A stretch of DNA of 64,000 nucleotides from Reclinomonas americana ATCC 50394 (taxonomy: Eukaryota): contig PS015020.1 of NCBI GenBank assembly GCA_048213135.1, positions 574,055 through 638,054 of the forward strand. Direction: 5' to 3'. Position 1 is the first letter of the stretch, and each line of letters opens with the position of its first letter. The notes below the pieces were generated by a model. That model did not search any database. It was given only the letters and a program-made list of their open reading frames with translations, and had not been told where the DNA came from. Shown in pieces: positions 12,791 through 25,555 of this stretch. The translations under genes and the position numbers were made by a program.

Positions 12791-15680
12791 TCAAGAACCA
12801 CTTGGAGGATCCGGAGATGGGATCCACATTGAATTCACATAGTTGATCAAGTTGACCTTCTCCGTGAGGCCGGTTGCCAGTGCGTGCACCTGCAATACAT
12901 ACCGGGGCGTCAGACACTCGCGTGCACGCGGATTACGCGATAAATTCCCTCACCATTACCAGGTCCATCTCCTCCGGTACGTCCTTCATCTGCCCTCGCG
13001 ACACAAGTATGTCGATGCCGCTCGAGGAGTTGACCTGGTGCAGATCGAACCAGTCGATGCGCAAGCGACCGAGGCGCACATGCACGCCCACCAGCACATT
13101 CATGAACTGCTGATCTTGCAACTCCGACCAGCGCTGATTCAGCTGCCCCAACGCGGCCGCGAACAGTCGCAGCGAGTACACGGTCGGTCGCGCAGTTCAT
13201 ATCCCCGTGTTGAGACTGAGCACGTGTTGGTTAGCGGCGCACACGTGGGCTGGCGTGCCCTTCTGCAATCATCGATTGCGAGTGAGACATGACGCATGCA
13301 AGAGAGAGAGAGAGAGAAAGAGATCGCGTATTGCCCCCTTCCTGCACCTGTTACTCACATAGCTAAAGTCCGACACACTGCTTGTGATGGCGTACGGCCA
13401 CGGATCACGGGTTCGCTCCGTCGTCGTCGCCTCTAGCATCAGCGTCACGTCGTGATCGAGTGTACCGAACAGGTCGGCTTGGAAGATGATGTCGGGCACA
13501 ATATCGTCGTACACCTGCGACGCCGATGTATTTGCCGCAGGTCCCACACCGGCCGCATAAACATGGCATCCACGTCGGCGTAGTACGGCTGCACGCCACA
13601 TCGCAGCAGTAGATAGCCGTACATGTAGCGCAGATTGACAACAGGCGGGTAGCCGGCAGGGTCGCGCGGTCGGTCGACGATCCTAAACACACACGAGGGC
13701 GCATGTAAACGTGTGATTCCACCCTCTCTCTCCCTTCCGCAATTCTCACCAGCCGGACTCGTCGAGCACCACTCCTGCATCCCTGTCTGAACCCACCACT
13801 CCCCTGACCGCCGCCACCGTCGCCTCGTCAGCGCACACGATCAGCGGCAGCAGCCGGTCGCCGTGCGCAGCAAAGAAGCGATTCAGCCACAGTTGGAGGA
13901 GCTCAACGTGCCGCTCTGAGTTTTCCGACGCCAGCCGGAGCGTGGTGAACACCACCAGCGGGTACAGCGAGTCGCCCGGCTGCACAGTCATGCGCGGATG
14001 TGCCAGTACAGCAGCCAGCTTCTCCAACATCACTCGACTCTCGTGCACCGCTGGTCCCTGCTGCGGGAACAACGACAGCGGAGTGGGGACGCGGAAGTTG
14101 CCAGCAACTGCAGCCGCCGCCTCCACGAGTGCCCTCTTGTCAGTGAGGACGCGCCACAACTCCATCTCCATCTCGCGACAGAAGTCGGTGGGGTAGAACT
14201 CGATGTGTGTGTTCTCTGCCGTGCGACTGTTGGCGCGCAACACGTGCGACAAGGAGTGCGCGGGGGACTCGGAGCGGTCGGGCAGCGGCGGTGGCACCAT
14301 GGTGACGCTGCGCTGTGCAAACTGCGGCCCGAGATACTCGCACGCTTGCTCGTCCATCACCAGCTCGACACCTCCTGTGGCGTCGGCACAAACGAATGCA
14401 GTGAGACTCGCAGCGCATGGCAAGACCGTTTAAAGAGAGGCAGAGGAGATCGGTTCCCATCAACTCCTGTGCTGACGACGATATCAAGAGCAGCAGCTGT
14501 GGTGTGGCGTACCTCCACTCGGCAAGAAATTGTCGATGCCGAGCGGCGGCGACTTTGTCGGCAGCAGGTGTGAGCGTCAGTGGTGTTCGCCACTGCGACG
14601 AGATCAATGACAGTGAACGCGACACCTGACGATGGTGGGTGACGTTGGTTTACGCAACAATCCAGTCGGTGGCATACTCGCAGAAAACTTTGCGTCTGTA
14701 CGTGAAACCTGCGTCGTACTGTTTGCAAAACAAGAGGGGTAAGCACACGCAACGCGTCACAAATCAAGAGAACAGAAAGTTACCCCGCTGCGCACCTTCA
14801 TCAACGCATTCCAGCTCAACTCTAGCACCTTGAGCGCCATACTGTTGTCTTGTTCTCCAACTGCCGCCAAGACTGCACACCAAGCAACTGTACATGAGTT
14901 GTCCCTGTTTGTCATCCGCAACACGAACATTCGCGCACCTGCGCCCCACAACGTTGCCGCCGAGTTCATGTCCACATGCACATCCTTCTTCTGCGGCTTT
15001 TGCACAGACACAGTCCACTTTCGCTTAGGATACAACGCAACGCGCGGCACATCCATGGAATGCACGCGATCGGCATTCTTGTCGGCAGTCGCCGGTGTCA
15101 CAGCACCGCAGCCGATGCGCCTGAGATGAATCGTCTGAGATAAGAGGCACAGTCAGTCAGTTAGTCAGTGAATGATGAGTAACGCGCGAACCTGCAGTGC
15201 AGTCAACACGCTGTGGGCGACTTGCTCAGCGAGGTCCTCATGATTAGCCGAAGGGAGAGAGAGCGCATGCATTGCCAAGGCCTCTCGCACTGTGCGATCA
15301 CAGTAGGCGTGGGGAACAGGTATGCTCTCTCTCTCTCTCACTCTCTCTCTCTCTCTCCTTCACTCACTCCCTCACACTCACTCACTCACTCACTCCCTCC
15401 ACTCACGCACTCATTGCGGACATACTCCGCCACTGGAGCACTCACCAGCTTGACCAAAGGAGTCATGCGTGTGACTGACAGTCACCACCACCTCCGTGTC
15501 AGTGCTGAGCAGTGGCACCACCACATGCTGAGCAGGCAATGTTGGATCCAACACTCGCCGCGGGCTTGCAAGTCGTGGGTCGTCCCGCGGGCCCTCAACT
15601 TCACTGTGACACACTACGAGGAGAGAGAGAAAGAAAGCAAGAAGAAGCGAGACAGCGAAAGGAGGCGGCCATCGTTGCAT
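12791..15680 (-). CDS. Nucleotide-diphospho-sugar transferase (GT77/PF03407-like) with one in-frame TGA; possible pseudogene or recoding
   Basis: Signal anchor MQRWPPPFAVSLLLAFFLSLLVVC. DxD motif YYADVDAMFMRP, then NTG, DQQFMN and a C-terminal VHALATGLTEKV. In-frame TGA at 13197-13199. Confidence 0.7.
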
Positions 15681-15946
15681 TATGTGATTTTTGGCGCGCG
15701 AAATATTATGATTTTCATCGCAGCGCTGCGATGAATCGACAGATGTACTCAACACTACAAACACTACCTTCTATTCCGCTGCGGCTGGTTCGTATTTCGC
15801 ACGGGCAACAATTGTACATATCCAAGCAACAACACAGCTGCATGATAATCATCTTTGCTTGCGCGGAATCTCTCCCTCCTTCCAAAGACACAACAAAACA
15901 TACACTTTTTTTCAAACTGTTGCTGCCCTTGCTTCAAACCCACTCC

Positions 15947-16979
15947 TCACTCGTCCTCCAACTCCTGCAGCAACTCGTCCAGCTCAGCCGCCGCCTTGGT
16001 CGTCTGAGCGGCAGCCGTTGTGGCGTCCACTGGTGTTGCTGTTGTCGTCGCAGCCGCCGTCTGCTGCTGCTGTTGTTGTTGCTCCTGCTGCTCCTGTTGC
16101 TGTTGTTGTTGCTGCTGCTGCTGCTGCTGCTCGGCGACCGGGGCATCGACCACGGCATTGAACGGGCGACGCGCCTGGTCCATGAGCCCACGCAGACGCT
16201 CCACGACGGCCTCCACCGCACGCGCACGCAGACGCTCCCGACGACGCAGCTCCTTGATGACATTGCCCAGCAGGCGGATCTGCAGCTTGCGCACCTGACG
16301 CTCCACCTCCGCCGACTCATCATTCGACAGCTCCGCCGCAGGACCACGCGACGCACGTCGCGAACGGCGGCGACGACGACGACGGCCGCCACCAAAGCCG
16401 CTGTTCTCATCGTCCTCATCAGCGTCAAACGCAGGACGACGGCGACGCAGGCCACCACGACGACGGCGGCGGCGGCGTCCTGCAGCCGGCGGTGCAGGCG
16501 CGTCGGCGGCATTGCCCGAGCTCAGCGCGTCGCCAAAGCTGCGCAACAGCGAGTCCAACACATCGGCGTTCTTGCCAGTCGCCTCGCCGCCTGTCTCCGG
16601 GAACGCGAGCATGCTGGTGTGCTCCTCCTCGTCCTCATCAGCGTTCGCGTTCTCGTCCTCCTCCTCTTGTGAGTCCATGCCGTGTGTGTTGACAGTCAGT
16701 GCGGCGTCGGCGGCGGCCGCGGCGTCGTCCTCCACGCTCTCCACAACGTCGGCCACGGCTTGCACGAACGTCAAGTCGTTGACGTCGGCCTCGGTGAGAC
16801 CCTGTCACGCGCGCGCACACGAGTGAGCACACTGTGAGAGAGAAAGTGTGCGGGAAAGTGTGTGTCACCATTTCAGGGATGGCCTCCAGCAGCTCCGCAT
16901 GCGGTGATGACACAGCGCTCACGCAGCCGAGCACCAGCAAAAGCGCGCTGATGAGCAGAAGCAGTGTTGACCCTCTCAT
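15947..16979 (-). CDS. Secreted low-complexity protein with acidic blocks, poly-Arg blocks and poly-Gln
   Basis: Signal peptide MRGSTLLLLISALLLVLGCVSA. One intron (~16802-16868) joins to ORF 15947-16774. Confidence 0.65.
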
Positions 16980-17250
16980 GTCTTTCTGTGTGCAAACAAG
17001 CAAAAACGCGAGATATCTGGCGGACAATCTCGGCTCGCGCCCACATTGCGATCGACTGACTGAACGGTTGGAAGTAAAGTGGGAATTGGGCAAGGCGGGG
17101 GGATGCAAGTGGCGATAGAGTTAGCGTGAGATGGTATACAGACCAACGCGCGATGTTATTTGCTTGTTGTGGTTAAAGTGGACAGTTCTCTGTCAGCGGC
17201 TCGCATTGTCATCTGTCCACACACAATCACAATCACTTGCAAACGCGACC

Positions 17251-17516
17251 ATGCAGTCGCTCGTCGCGCACAACAGCTGTTGCGTCTCCACGAATGTCTG
17301 TCTCTCTCCATGCGCTTGGCCTCCATTATCGCTTTCTCTTCTCTTCTTTCATTTTGTGTGTGCGCCATGTTGATGTGAATGTGCACCAACACACAGACTT
17401 TGCGTCGCTGGTGGATCTTGTGCCTGCGGCACTGTATGTGACGGAGATTACGGATGAGGAGAAGGCGGAGATGGCAGTTGCGTCTCGGAAGAAATAACAC
17501 ACATACACACACGCAC

Positions 17517-17558
<42 letters not shown>

Positions 17559-18171
17559 GACACACACAGAGACACACACACTACACACACTACACACTAC
17601 ACACTACACACGCTCTACTACTCTACTACTCGTACTACTTCGTACACCTACCTACCTTCTTCGTTCGTCGTCGTACGGTACCGGTACCGGAACGGGACGG
17701 NNNNNNNNNNNNNNNNNNNNNNNNNNNNNNNNNNNNNNNNNNNNNNNNNNNNNNNNNNNNNNNNNNNNNNNNNNNNNNNNNNNNNNNNNNNNNNNNNNNN
17801 NNNNNNNNNNNNNNNNNNNNNNNNNNNNNNNNNNNNNNNNNNNNNNNNNNNNNNNNNNNNNNNNNNNNNNNNNNNNNNNNNNNNNNNNNNNNNNNNNNNN
17901 NNNNNNNNNNNNNNNNNNNNNNNNNNNNNNNNNNNNNNNNNNNNNNNNNNNNNNNNNNNNNNNNNNNNNNNNNNNNNNNNNNNNNNNNNNNNNNNNNNNN
18001 NNNNNNNNNNNNNNNNNNNNNNNNNNNNNNNNNNNNNNNNNNNNNNNNNNNNNNNNNNNNNNNNNNNNNNNNNNNNNNNNNNNNNGACGTACGTACGTAC
18101 GTACGTACGTACGTACGTACGTACGTACGTACGTACGACGACGACGTACGACGACGACGAGACGAGAGACG

Positions 18172-18217
<46 letters not shown>

Positions 18218-19041
18218 AAGAAGGGAGTGTGTGTGTGTGTGTGTGTGTGCTAGAGAATGAGACTCTGCACTGCAACTCGTCTCTCACAGCAACACGCCCC
18301 ACACACAGTGAGTACTGAGTCTTCTCTCTCCCTTCATCGGAGGTGGCGACAAGCCCTTTGTCAGGCGACTCTTCCGCTCACTGAAAGCATCGTCCCTCTC
18401 CTGATACACGTACTCGTTCACTCTTTCTCCCACGCACACACATGCATCGCCTATCTTTGCGTCTGTGGGAGAGGCTGTGACAAGCCCCTCATCAGACTCT
18501 CTCTCTCTCTCTCTCTGTCTGTCTGTCTCACTCTCTCTCTCTCTCTCGCACACACAAGCACACGCACACACGTACACGGATACACTGTGAGTGGTGACTC
18601 TTCTCGCTCCCTTTCATCGTGTCTGTGAGAGAGGCTGTGACAAGTCCCTCACAGACTCTCTCTATCTGTCTCTCAATCTGTCTGTATCTGTCTGTCTCAT
18701 TCCTCTGCTTGTCTCTCTTGTGTGCACTGATTCGTCAGCGATGAGCTGGTGCAGTGAGCGTACTCCCTGTTGCCGTGTCTTGCATCTACAAGCCTATTGT
18801 CAGGCTCCCTCTTCTTCCTTTTGCTCTCTCTCTCTTCCCACTGCACTGACTGGTCAGCGATCACCGCGTCTCGCTCCCTTTCATCGAAGCCCCTCGTCAG
18901 GATTATGCGCTGTTCCGCTCACTGACTCGCCTCTTCACGCGCTTTCTCGTTCACTCTTTCTCTCCTCTGTCTCACACGTACGGAGTGGGCACTTCACTCG
19001 TCTCATTCCCGTTCATGGCGTCTGTGAGACAGTCTGGCTCT

Positions 19042-19088
<47 letters not shown>

Positions 19089-20367
19089 GTGATCAATTAT
19101 CTTCCCTCTTCTCTTTGCTGTTCTCACCCCTCTTTCCTCTTCATCGCGCGCAGCTCAACCCCGCTCTCGTCAAGCCAACGCTGGAGGCACAGCGAGAGGC
19201 ACTGATGGAGGTGGATGGCGAAGACGCAGCATCGTCATCAACTGCCGCCGCGAATGGAGGTGGCAACCATCGCGGTGGTGCGGGAAAGAGGGACATGACG
19301 GCCAAGTTTGTGTTTGAGCACTCGGACAGCGGCCGTGACGATGCGGGCGGTGATGATGAAGATGACGATGACGATGACGACGATGATGAGCAAGACGGTG
19401 GTGCGCCGGCGCATAAGAGGCGCAAGGTGGACGCCGAGGGCCCACCGGCCATGGAGAAGCAGGGGGGTGACTCGTATGCCGATTTGCGACAGCGGTTGCA
19501 CGCCAAGATCGCCGAGTTGCGAGGCGCACGAAAGGAGGCCAAGGCCGCAGGCAAGTCGACGGGCTCCGGAGCGGCGGCGGCGGCGGCGGCGGGTGGCAAG
19601 AAGGGCAAGAAGGAGGCACGGCCAGCAGCGGCATCACAACAGCAGCAGGATGGCAAGAAGGTCAACGGCAAGAAGAGCGGCGCCGAGGAGCCGGCTAATG
19701 GCAAGCACGCCAACCACAAGGCGGAGGAGGAGGACCTGTTTATGGAGTACGGTCGCATTCACTTTGACGACAAGGGCACGGAGGCGCTGAAGAAGCACAA
19801 GAAGAGGGCGACGACGGTGTCGGCATCGGGTGCACCGGTGCTGGCCACCAGCAAGGAGGCGCTGCTGAAGAAGGCTGAGAGGCACGCCGCCAAGCTGAAG
19901 GAGCTTAAGGAGCGTAGCTTGAAGGAGGGCGATGAGGTGGCGACGGCGGTGCTGGAGAAGGAGGCGTGGGACAAGGTGTGTTGATGGGAATCAGTATTGT
20001 GTGTCTCACCCGTTGCCCTCACTCTTCTCCTCCCTGGTGACAGGCCATGCTGCGCGCACAAGGCGAAAAGATTCGCGATGATCCGAGTCTCATTCGCAAG
20101 TCCATTCGTCGCGACAAGAGGAAGAAGGACAAGAGTCGGCAGGCGTGGGAGCAGCGCACCAAGAGTGTGGAGGATCAGAAGCAGTCGAGGATTGACAAGC
20201 GCACGCAGAACATTGAGGCGAGGAAGAAGGGCAAGGTACGCGAGCGTGGTTGACGTGTGTGTATGTGGTTTTGCAGCGAGGTGCTCACCCCTGTGCGGCT
20301 GCTGCAGGGTCGGCCTGGCTTTGAGGGCCGTCGCACCGAGTTCCTCAACAAGTCTGCGACACCTTAA
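17251..20367 (+). CDS. SURF6: SURF6/RRP14 ribosome biogenesis protein
   Basis: N-terminal RRP14-like YFASLVDLVPAALY. SURF6 domain WDKAMLRAQGEKIRDDPSLIRKSIRR...WEQR and C-terminal RPGFEG. Spans an N-gap. Confidence 0.9.
18300..19040. repeat. Degenerate multi-copy intronic repeat inside SURF6
   Basis: Recurring blocks ctccct(t)tcatcg, gagaggctgtgacaag and ttccgctcactga near 18330, 18470, 18610 and 18875. Confidence 0.5.
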
Positions 20368-21142
20368 CGATACACGCACACCCCAACAGATTGTTATGAC
20401 GAATGAAACGAAATGGTTGCTCTAGGTTAATCGCGTGCGACATGCGGGGTGGGGGGAAGGTGAGATGGAGGAACTGCGGGAAGAGTGGGGGGAAGATGAG
20501 TGAGAGCAGGAAAGAAACACTCTCATGCTCGGCTAAGGAGGGTTGAGAATGAGAGAAAGTGGAGGGTGCAGATGGTGAGGCAGTGAACAGTAGGTGTGCT
20601 GAATACAAGGGCACGCTGGTGACAGAGAGCCGCCTGCACCTCGAGCTTGACCCTCCGCTGCGTCGAGGCCACGTTTTCTGAGCGACCCACGATGTAGCCC
20701 GTCGTGTCGCCGACACAATGACATGAGCGAACGACAATGGGACGTGCAGAGACACTGTGCACTGCGATGGGTCAGTTTACCAAGCACAGTGTTCCTCGGC
20801 GGTGTCTTCGTTGGTAGAAACCAGGTAGGCAGCGTGAGTTAGACATCCAAGCACTGTGCAAGACACACCTCCAGATGCTGGGCAGCAACAGATCTTGCAC
20901 ACCAAGCACTTGCGTCGCTGGCAGTCTCTGCACAGCTCCTTCTTCCTCTCTCTCCCCTATTCCCCCTCCCCCTTGCCGGTGTAGACACGACGTGATCTCC
21001 TTCATGAATACATAATCAAAAAACCAGTACAAAGACAATTATAGGGAAAAAGAGCAGATGTGTGGCGGCCATCTTTAAAAAAGTGAGGCGTGGTGGAAAA
21101 AAACATGGAGAAGAACATATCAAACAAGAAAAAAGAGAGAGA

Positions 21143-22715
21143 TTATCGGGCCGCCTGCAGCTTGGCAAGGCGGTCGGAATTCAACTTCATCTCTTGTTCG
21201 CTCATGCCCAAGCCCTGCACAGAAGCAAAGAAAAAACGAGTGAGCCGCACTGCAACACTGTCGACAACCAACACCACCCCCTCTCGCACGCAACATCCAA
21301 TCGCCGACGGACACCATTGACCTTGATCTGGTTCTCCAGCTCGTGGCGCAACCGCACGTTGCGCTGTCGCCGTGTTTCTGTCTTGGTCTTCTCCATCTCC
21401 ACCGACTCCTTGGCCTCGTGCTCAAAGTGCTCGCGCAACGCCATGACCTCCTCTTGTTCGCGGCGTTTCAGTCGCTCCTTCTCCTCCACCTGCTGCGCCA
21501 GTGTTCGCTTCAGCAGCTCCTTCTCGACAAAAGAACGCTCGCGGCGCTTGGCCTCGTCCTCGGCACGACGACGCTCAATCTCCTCCTGCTGTTGGCGAGC
21601 GCGTCGCTCGTCTTCCATCTCGCGCTCGCGCAGGCCCTTGGCCACCGCCTCGCCCACATGCGCCAGCTTCGATTGCCTCTCGGCCAGGCGCGCCAAGTTG
21701 CTCTGACGCGCCTTCTCCTGACGCTCCAGAATCTCGGCATACTGCTTCTGCAACTCGATCTCCAGCTGCTGCTCCTGCTCCATTTGACGCAGCTTGCGCT
21801 CCTTGATGGCCTCGTTCTCCACCAGCGTCTGGTGCATGTCGACAATCGTCTTTTGCTTCTTCCGCAGCTCCTTCTCGCGCTCCTCGCGAATCGCCGCCTG
21901 CAGCTCCGCCACCTTGGCCGCCTCCTCCGCTTGCCGCTTCAGCTCCTCCTGCTCGCGCAGCTTGTGCACACGGGTCAGCATCTCGTCACGCTGCTGCTTC
22001 TGCAGCAGCTCCGCGTCCTTGCGCTGCCGCTCGACCTCCTCCTCGCGCTTCTTCCACTCCTCCACCTGCTGATCCTCGAGCTTGGCGTACTGCACGGCGG
22101 CCTCACGCTCCCGTCGCTTCCGCTCCTCCGCCTCGCGCACCTGCCGATCGAGATCCTCCTTGACCCGTCGACGCGTCTGCGCCAGTCGCTCCTGATGCTG
22201 CGTCATCTCCGAGTGGTGCTCCCGCACATCCTTCTCCACCAACGCCGCCCACACATCACGCTGCTTGGCCAGCGGCATGTTGGTCAGCGCCAGCTCGTCC
22301 AGCGATGCCGATGCACCAGCAGCGTTGCCCGCCGACGATCCCGCACGCGATGGCGGACCGCCCAGCTCGCTGCCACCACCGCCACTGTACATCGAGCCAG
22401 CCTCAGAGCCCACTGCCGAGGGAGCAGCAGATGATGAGCGGCTGTGACCTGCGATCGGGAGGAAGAAGAAGAGGCGAACGATAAGGCGACGGATAAGGCG
22501 TTCAGGAGAGCTGGCTCTCGTTCTTCCGATCTTCAGAGTGTGCACAGAGAGAGAGAGGGAGGGAAAGAGAGGGAGGGAGAGGGAGGGAGAGAGGGAGACA
22601 GGGAGAGAGAGGGAGGGAGAGAGAGGGAGAGAGAGTGTGTGTCCGGATCGAGCTGTCTGCGTGCAGTGCAGAAGGTGTAGAACTGGCTCTCGTTCTTCCG
22701 ATCTTGTGTGTGCAC

Positions 22716-22760
<45 letters not shown>

Positions 22761-23283
22761 AGTGTGTGTGTGTGTGTTCGAGTCGAGCTGTCTCTGCGCG
22801 TTTCCGATCGCCTCTCTCTTCTTCTCTCTCACTCTCACTGTGCAGTGTGTGATAGAGAGGCGGGCACTCACCAGCAGAGGGTGCCTTTGAGGAGGACGCT
22901 CCCCCGCGCATCTCTCGCTCAATCTGCGACAACTGCTTCTCCGACACCGAGCCGGCACTCATTGCCTCGGTGACCTTGCGATTGAGCAGACGCAGGCCTT
23001 CTGTGTCCAGTGCAGGCAAGCCCGCACGTTGCCGCTTTTGGCACACGCGCAACACAAGCAACTCACGAAGCTGCAAATGAGAGAGAGAGAGAGAGAGCAG
23101 AGACATGAGAACATGAGAAAATCGGGTCAACGGCAGGCCGTTATGACATCATCCAAGTCACATTTCGTTCTCTCTCTTTCGTACCTTATCGCGTTCCTTG
23201 GAGGCGCCGGATGCACTGAGTGCGCCAGTGGAGGCTGCGGAGGGCGAGGCGGCGCCTGCTGAGGGCTTGCGACGCGGGTACAT
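21143..23283 (-). CDS. Trichohyalin-plectin-homology-like E/R/K/Q coiled-coil protein, probably ciliary
   Basis: About 350 aa of charged helix starting RDVWAALVEKD. C-terminal MSEQEMKLNSDRLAKL*. Four exons; start MYPRRKP. Confidence 0.65.
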
Positions 23284-24121
23284 GACGTGGCAGTTGTACA
23301 CAGACAGAGTCACTTGACTGACTGAGAGACGGAAAGAGGAAGGGAGAAAGAGACAGAGAGCGCTCAGAGGGAAACGCGAGTGGTGCTTGTTGCTGGGTGT
23401 TGGTTGCTTGGTGTGGAGCTGTTTGCGCGCAACGCGTGCCCGACAATGTATGTGACGCCGGACAGCCGGACAATGTTCGGAATGGAGCGGTTCCAAGTGT
23501 TCGCGCCGGCAGAGAAAGAAAGGGATAGGAATATGACTGGTTGTCTGCGTTGCCGACTGCGCTTGTGAAACGATGGCGAATGACCGACTGCATTTGGCCG
23601 TGGCCATGGGACGTCGACGATCAGATCGCGATCGAGCGACAACAGGGACAACTTTACTGATCCAAACAGCAACACAGCTGCATGATGATCACCATCTTGA
23701 TTGAGCACTTGCAACTGAGACATCACGAAAAAAGAAGCGAGAAAAAGTCGAATTGACGTGCTGGCGTTCTGCAGGAGAAACCACGGCGTCACACGGATCG
23801 TGCCTTTGCGGATTGCGTGGATCGGACCACTGCCTAAGATCTTTGTCTGCTGTGGGGAGCCGATCGCAGCCTGCTTTCAAATTCGCAATCGTGCCTCACT
23901 TCTGCGACCTTTTTCTCGACTCCTGCCGGGCCTTCAGACGCTCACTTGTGCACACTCGAAACTTCTCCCACACTGTTTGTACGAACCCGTTTCCAAAAAC
24001 TCCATTGATCAAGAAATACAGGTTTCATTACAACAAAAAACGCACGCGACAACGCGGCGATTAAAACAAAGCAAACAATCAATTATTCTACAACATGTAC
24101 ATCGTACCGGCGCCTGCCACC

Positions 24122-25426
24122 TCACTCCAGTGGATCGTGATCGTGCTGCGGCATGCTGATGGAGGCGACTGTCCGCGTGACCGAATTCAAGAAGAACGGG
24201 AGCACCAGCATGGTCTGGTCGTCGCGGCCTCGGATCGTCAGCTCCACCAGGCACCAGTCGGCCGAGGCCGCCATCTCCAGGCCACACGTGACCTCGAGCT
24301 CATCGAGCTCATCGATCGACAGCGGCCGGGAGCCGTCGCGGCCGGCCAGGATACGCAAGTCGGCCTGGCCGAGGTCCTCAAGCAGCGGCAGGCTCTGCTC
24401 GGAGAGGGCGGCGTCGATGGTCTCCTGTGACACCTGCTGGTCGCCCTTGCGCCACAGGTACGCGAGCGCACGCTGGCACAAACCCTGCACCGCCTCGCCA
24501 CGGAAGGTGGCGCCCGACTGCAAAATGCGGTGGTTGCGCAGCATCAGCAGCAGCGGCAGCGCCTCAGCCGTCACATGCAAGCAGGCGGCCACCCAGTCGC
24601 CACGGCGGAAGGCCTCTGTCGCGTCGCGCTCGCGCTGGCGAGTGCGGGCCGCCTTCTCCAACGCACGCATGATGTTGGCCAGCGGACCGTGCTCGTCGGC
24701 GCCGCCGGCGCCATTCTCAGACTGCTGCAAGCCACTGTCACGCTTCCGGAACGTGTTGAGCAGCACAACAATCTCCTGATCCGGCTCGTCCATGTGGCGG
24801 TCAAAGTCCTCGCGGGTAATCTCTTGCGGAGCGCCCACCGTCTGCACCAGCCAGTGCATCTCCTCCGCCGTCTTGATGGTCAGCTTAGCCGATGCCTCCT
24901 TCAGCTTGGCGTTGGCCTGTGCGACCACCGCCTTGATGTGCGCCTCCGTCTGCATCACAAGCAGAAGCGCCTGCAACTGCGGCGAAGCATCCTCCTCCTC
25001 GGCGCCGTTGCCACCAGCAGCACCAGCCGCGTCGTTGCCGTTGGCATTGTCGCCGTTGCCATCGCCATCACCGCCCAGCAGCTCCTCCAGTCTGCGGTTG
25101 GTCGCCTCGCGAGCCGCGCCAGCAATAGCCTCCACTTGCGCCTCAATGTCCGCCTTCACGGCCTCCGCTCGTGCTGTCATGCGCTCCTCCAGCGCCACAA
25201 AGCGGCGCACCGACGCCGGACGAGTGAAGAGAAGGTGCATGCGGCGGCGCTCGCTTTCGTCGGCCACCTCCCAGTCAAAGGACTGGAAGACCAGACGGCC
25301 AATGGGGCCGATAGCCGGATCGATCTCCGGGCGAGCGGCATGCGCACGCACTGCCGAGGCGGCAAACGCTGCATTCTCGAAACCTGCGGCCATGGCCGAC
25401 GGGCTGTCAACATTCGGTGACGCCAT
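24122..25426 (-). CDS. Intronless 434-aa orphan protein, mostly helical
   Basis: Uninterrupted ATG-initiated ORF with coding-like composition. No family recognised. Confidence 0.75.
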   Translation of the reverse strand: MASPNVDSPSAMAAGFENAAFAASAVRAHAARPEIDPAIGPIGRLVFQSFDWEVADESERRRMHLLFTRPASVRRFVALEERMTARAEAVKADIEAQVEAIAGAAREATNRRLEELLGGDGDGNGDNANGNDAAGAAGGNGAEEEDASPQLQALLLVMQTEAHIKAVVAQANAKLKEASAKLTIKTAEEMHWLVQTVGAPQEITREDFDRHMDEPDQEIVVLLNTFRKRDSGLQQSENGAGGADEHGPLANIMRALEKAARTRQRERDATEAFRRGDWVAACLHVTAEALPLLLMLRNHRILQSGATFRGEAVQGLCQRALAYLWRKGDQQVSQETIDAALSEQSLPLLEDLGQADLRILAGRDGSRPLSIDELDELEVTCGLEMAASADWCLVELTIRGRDDQTMLVLPFFLNSVTRTVASISMPQHDHDPLE

Positions 25427-25545
25427 GATCAGAGTGTGTGTGTGTGATGAGAGCAGAAAGTTTGTTGAGGGGAAGGGTTGAGATTGTGAGCTCTCGAGAA
25501 GTCAAGGAAAAACAAAGTGTGTGCTGAGCGGACGCAGCTTCGGCA

Positions 25546-25555
25546 CTTATATAAG
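25546..25555 (-). promoter_or_regulatory. TATA box upstream of the intronless ORF
   Basis: Palindromic CTTATATAAG about 120 nt upstream of the ATG at 25426, in an otherwise GC-rich context. Confidence 0.5.

Noticed and set aside
17625-18170. ACGT/TACG/ACG tandem runs flanking N-gaps (also near 27500-27580 and 30820-31110)
   Set aside because: They occur only at contig ends next to microsatellites and mirror a TACG pyrosequencing flow order, so they are most likely read-end artefacts.
20426-21040. Possible small spliced gene on the minus strand
   Set aside because: Splice-like signals exist, but there is no convincing start or protein similarity.
21343-22434. Long antisense ORFs over coiled-coil or low-complexity genes (also 41745-42410, 48057-49158)
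   Set aside because: Shadow ORFs caused by high GC and biased codons on the opposite coding strand.
22511-22705. 23-bp direct repeat CTGGCTCTCGTTCTTCCGATCTT resembling an Illumina adapter end
   Set aside because: Not an exact adapter match. Neighbouring sequence is also duplicated, consistent with a small tandem duplication within an intron.
23364-24064. ORFs upstream of the TPH-like gene
   Set aside because: No family similarity; may be UTR or promoter sequence.
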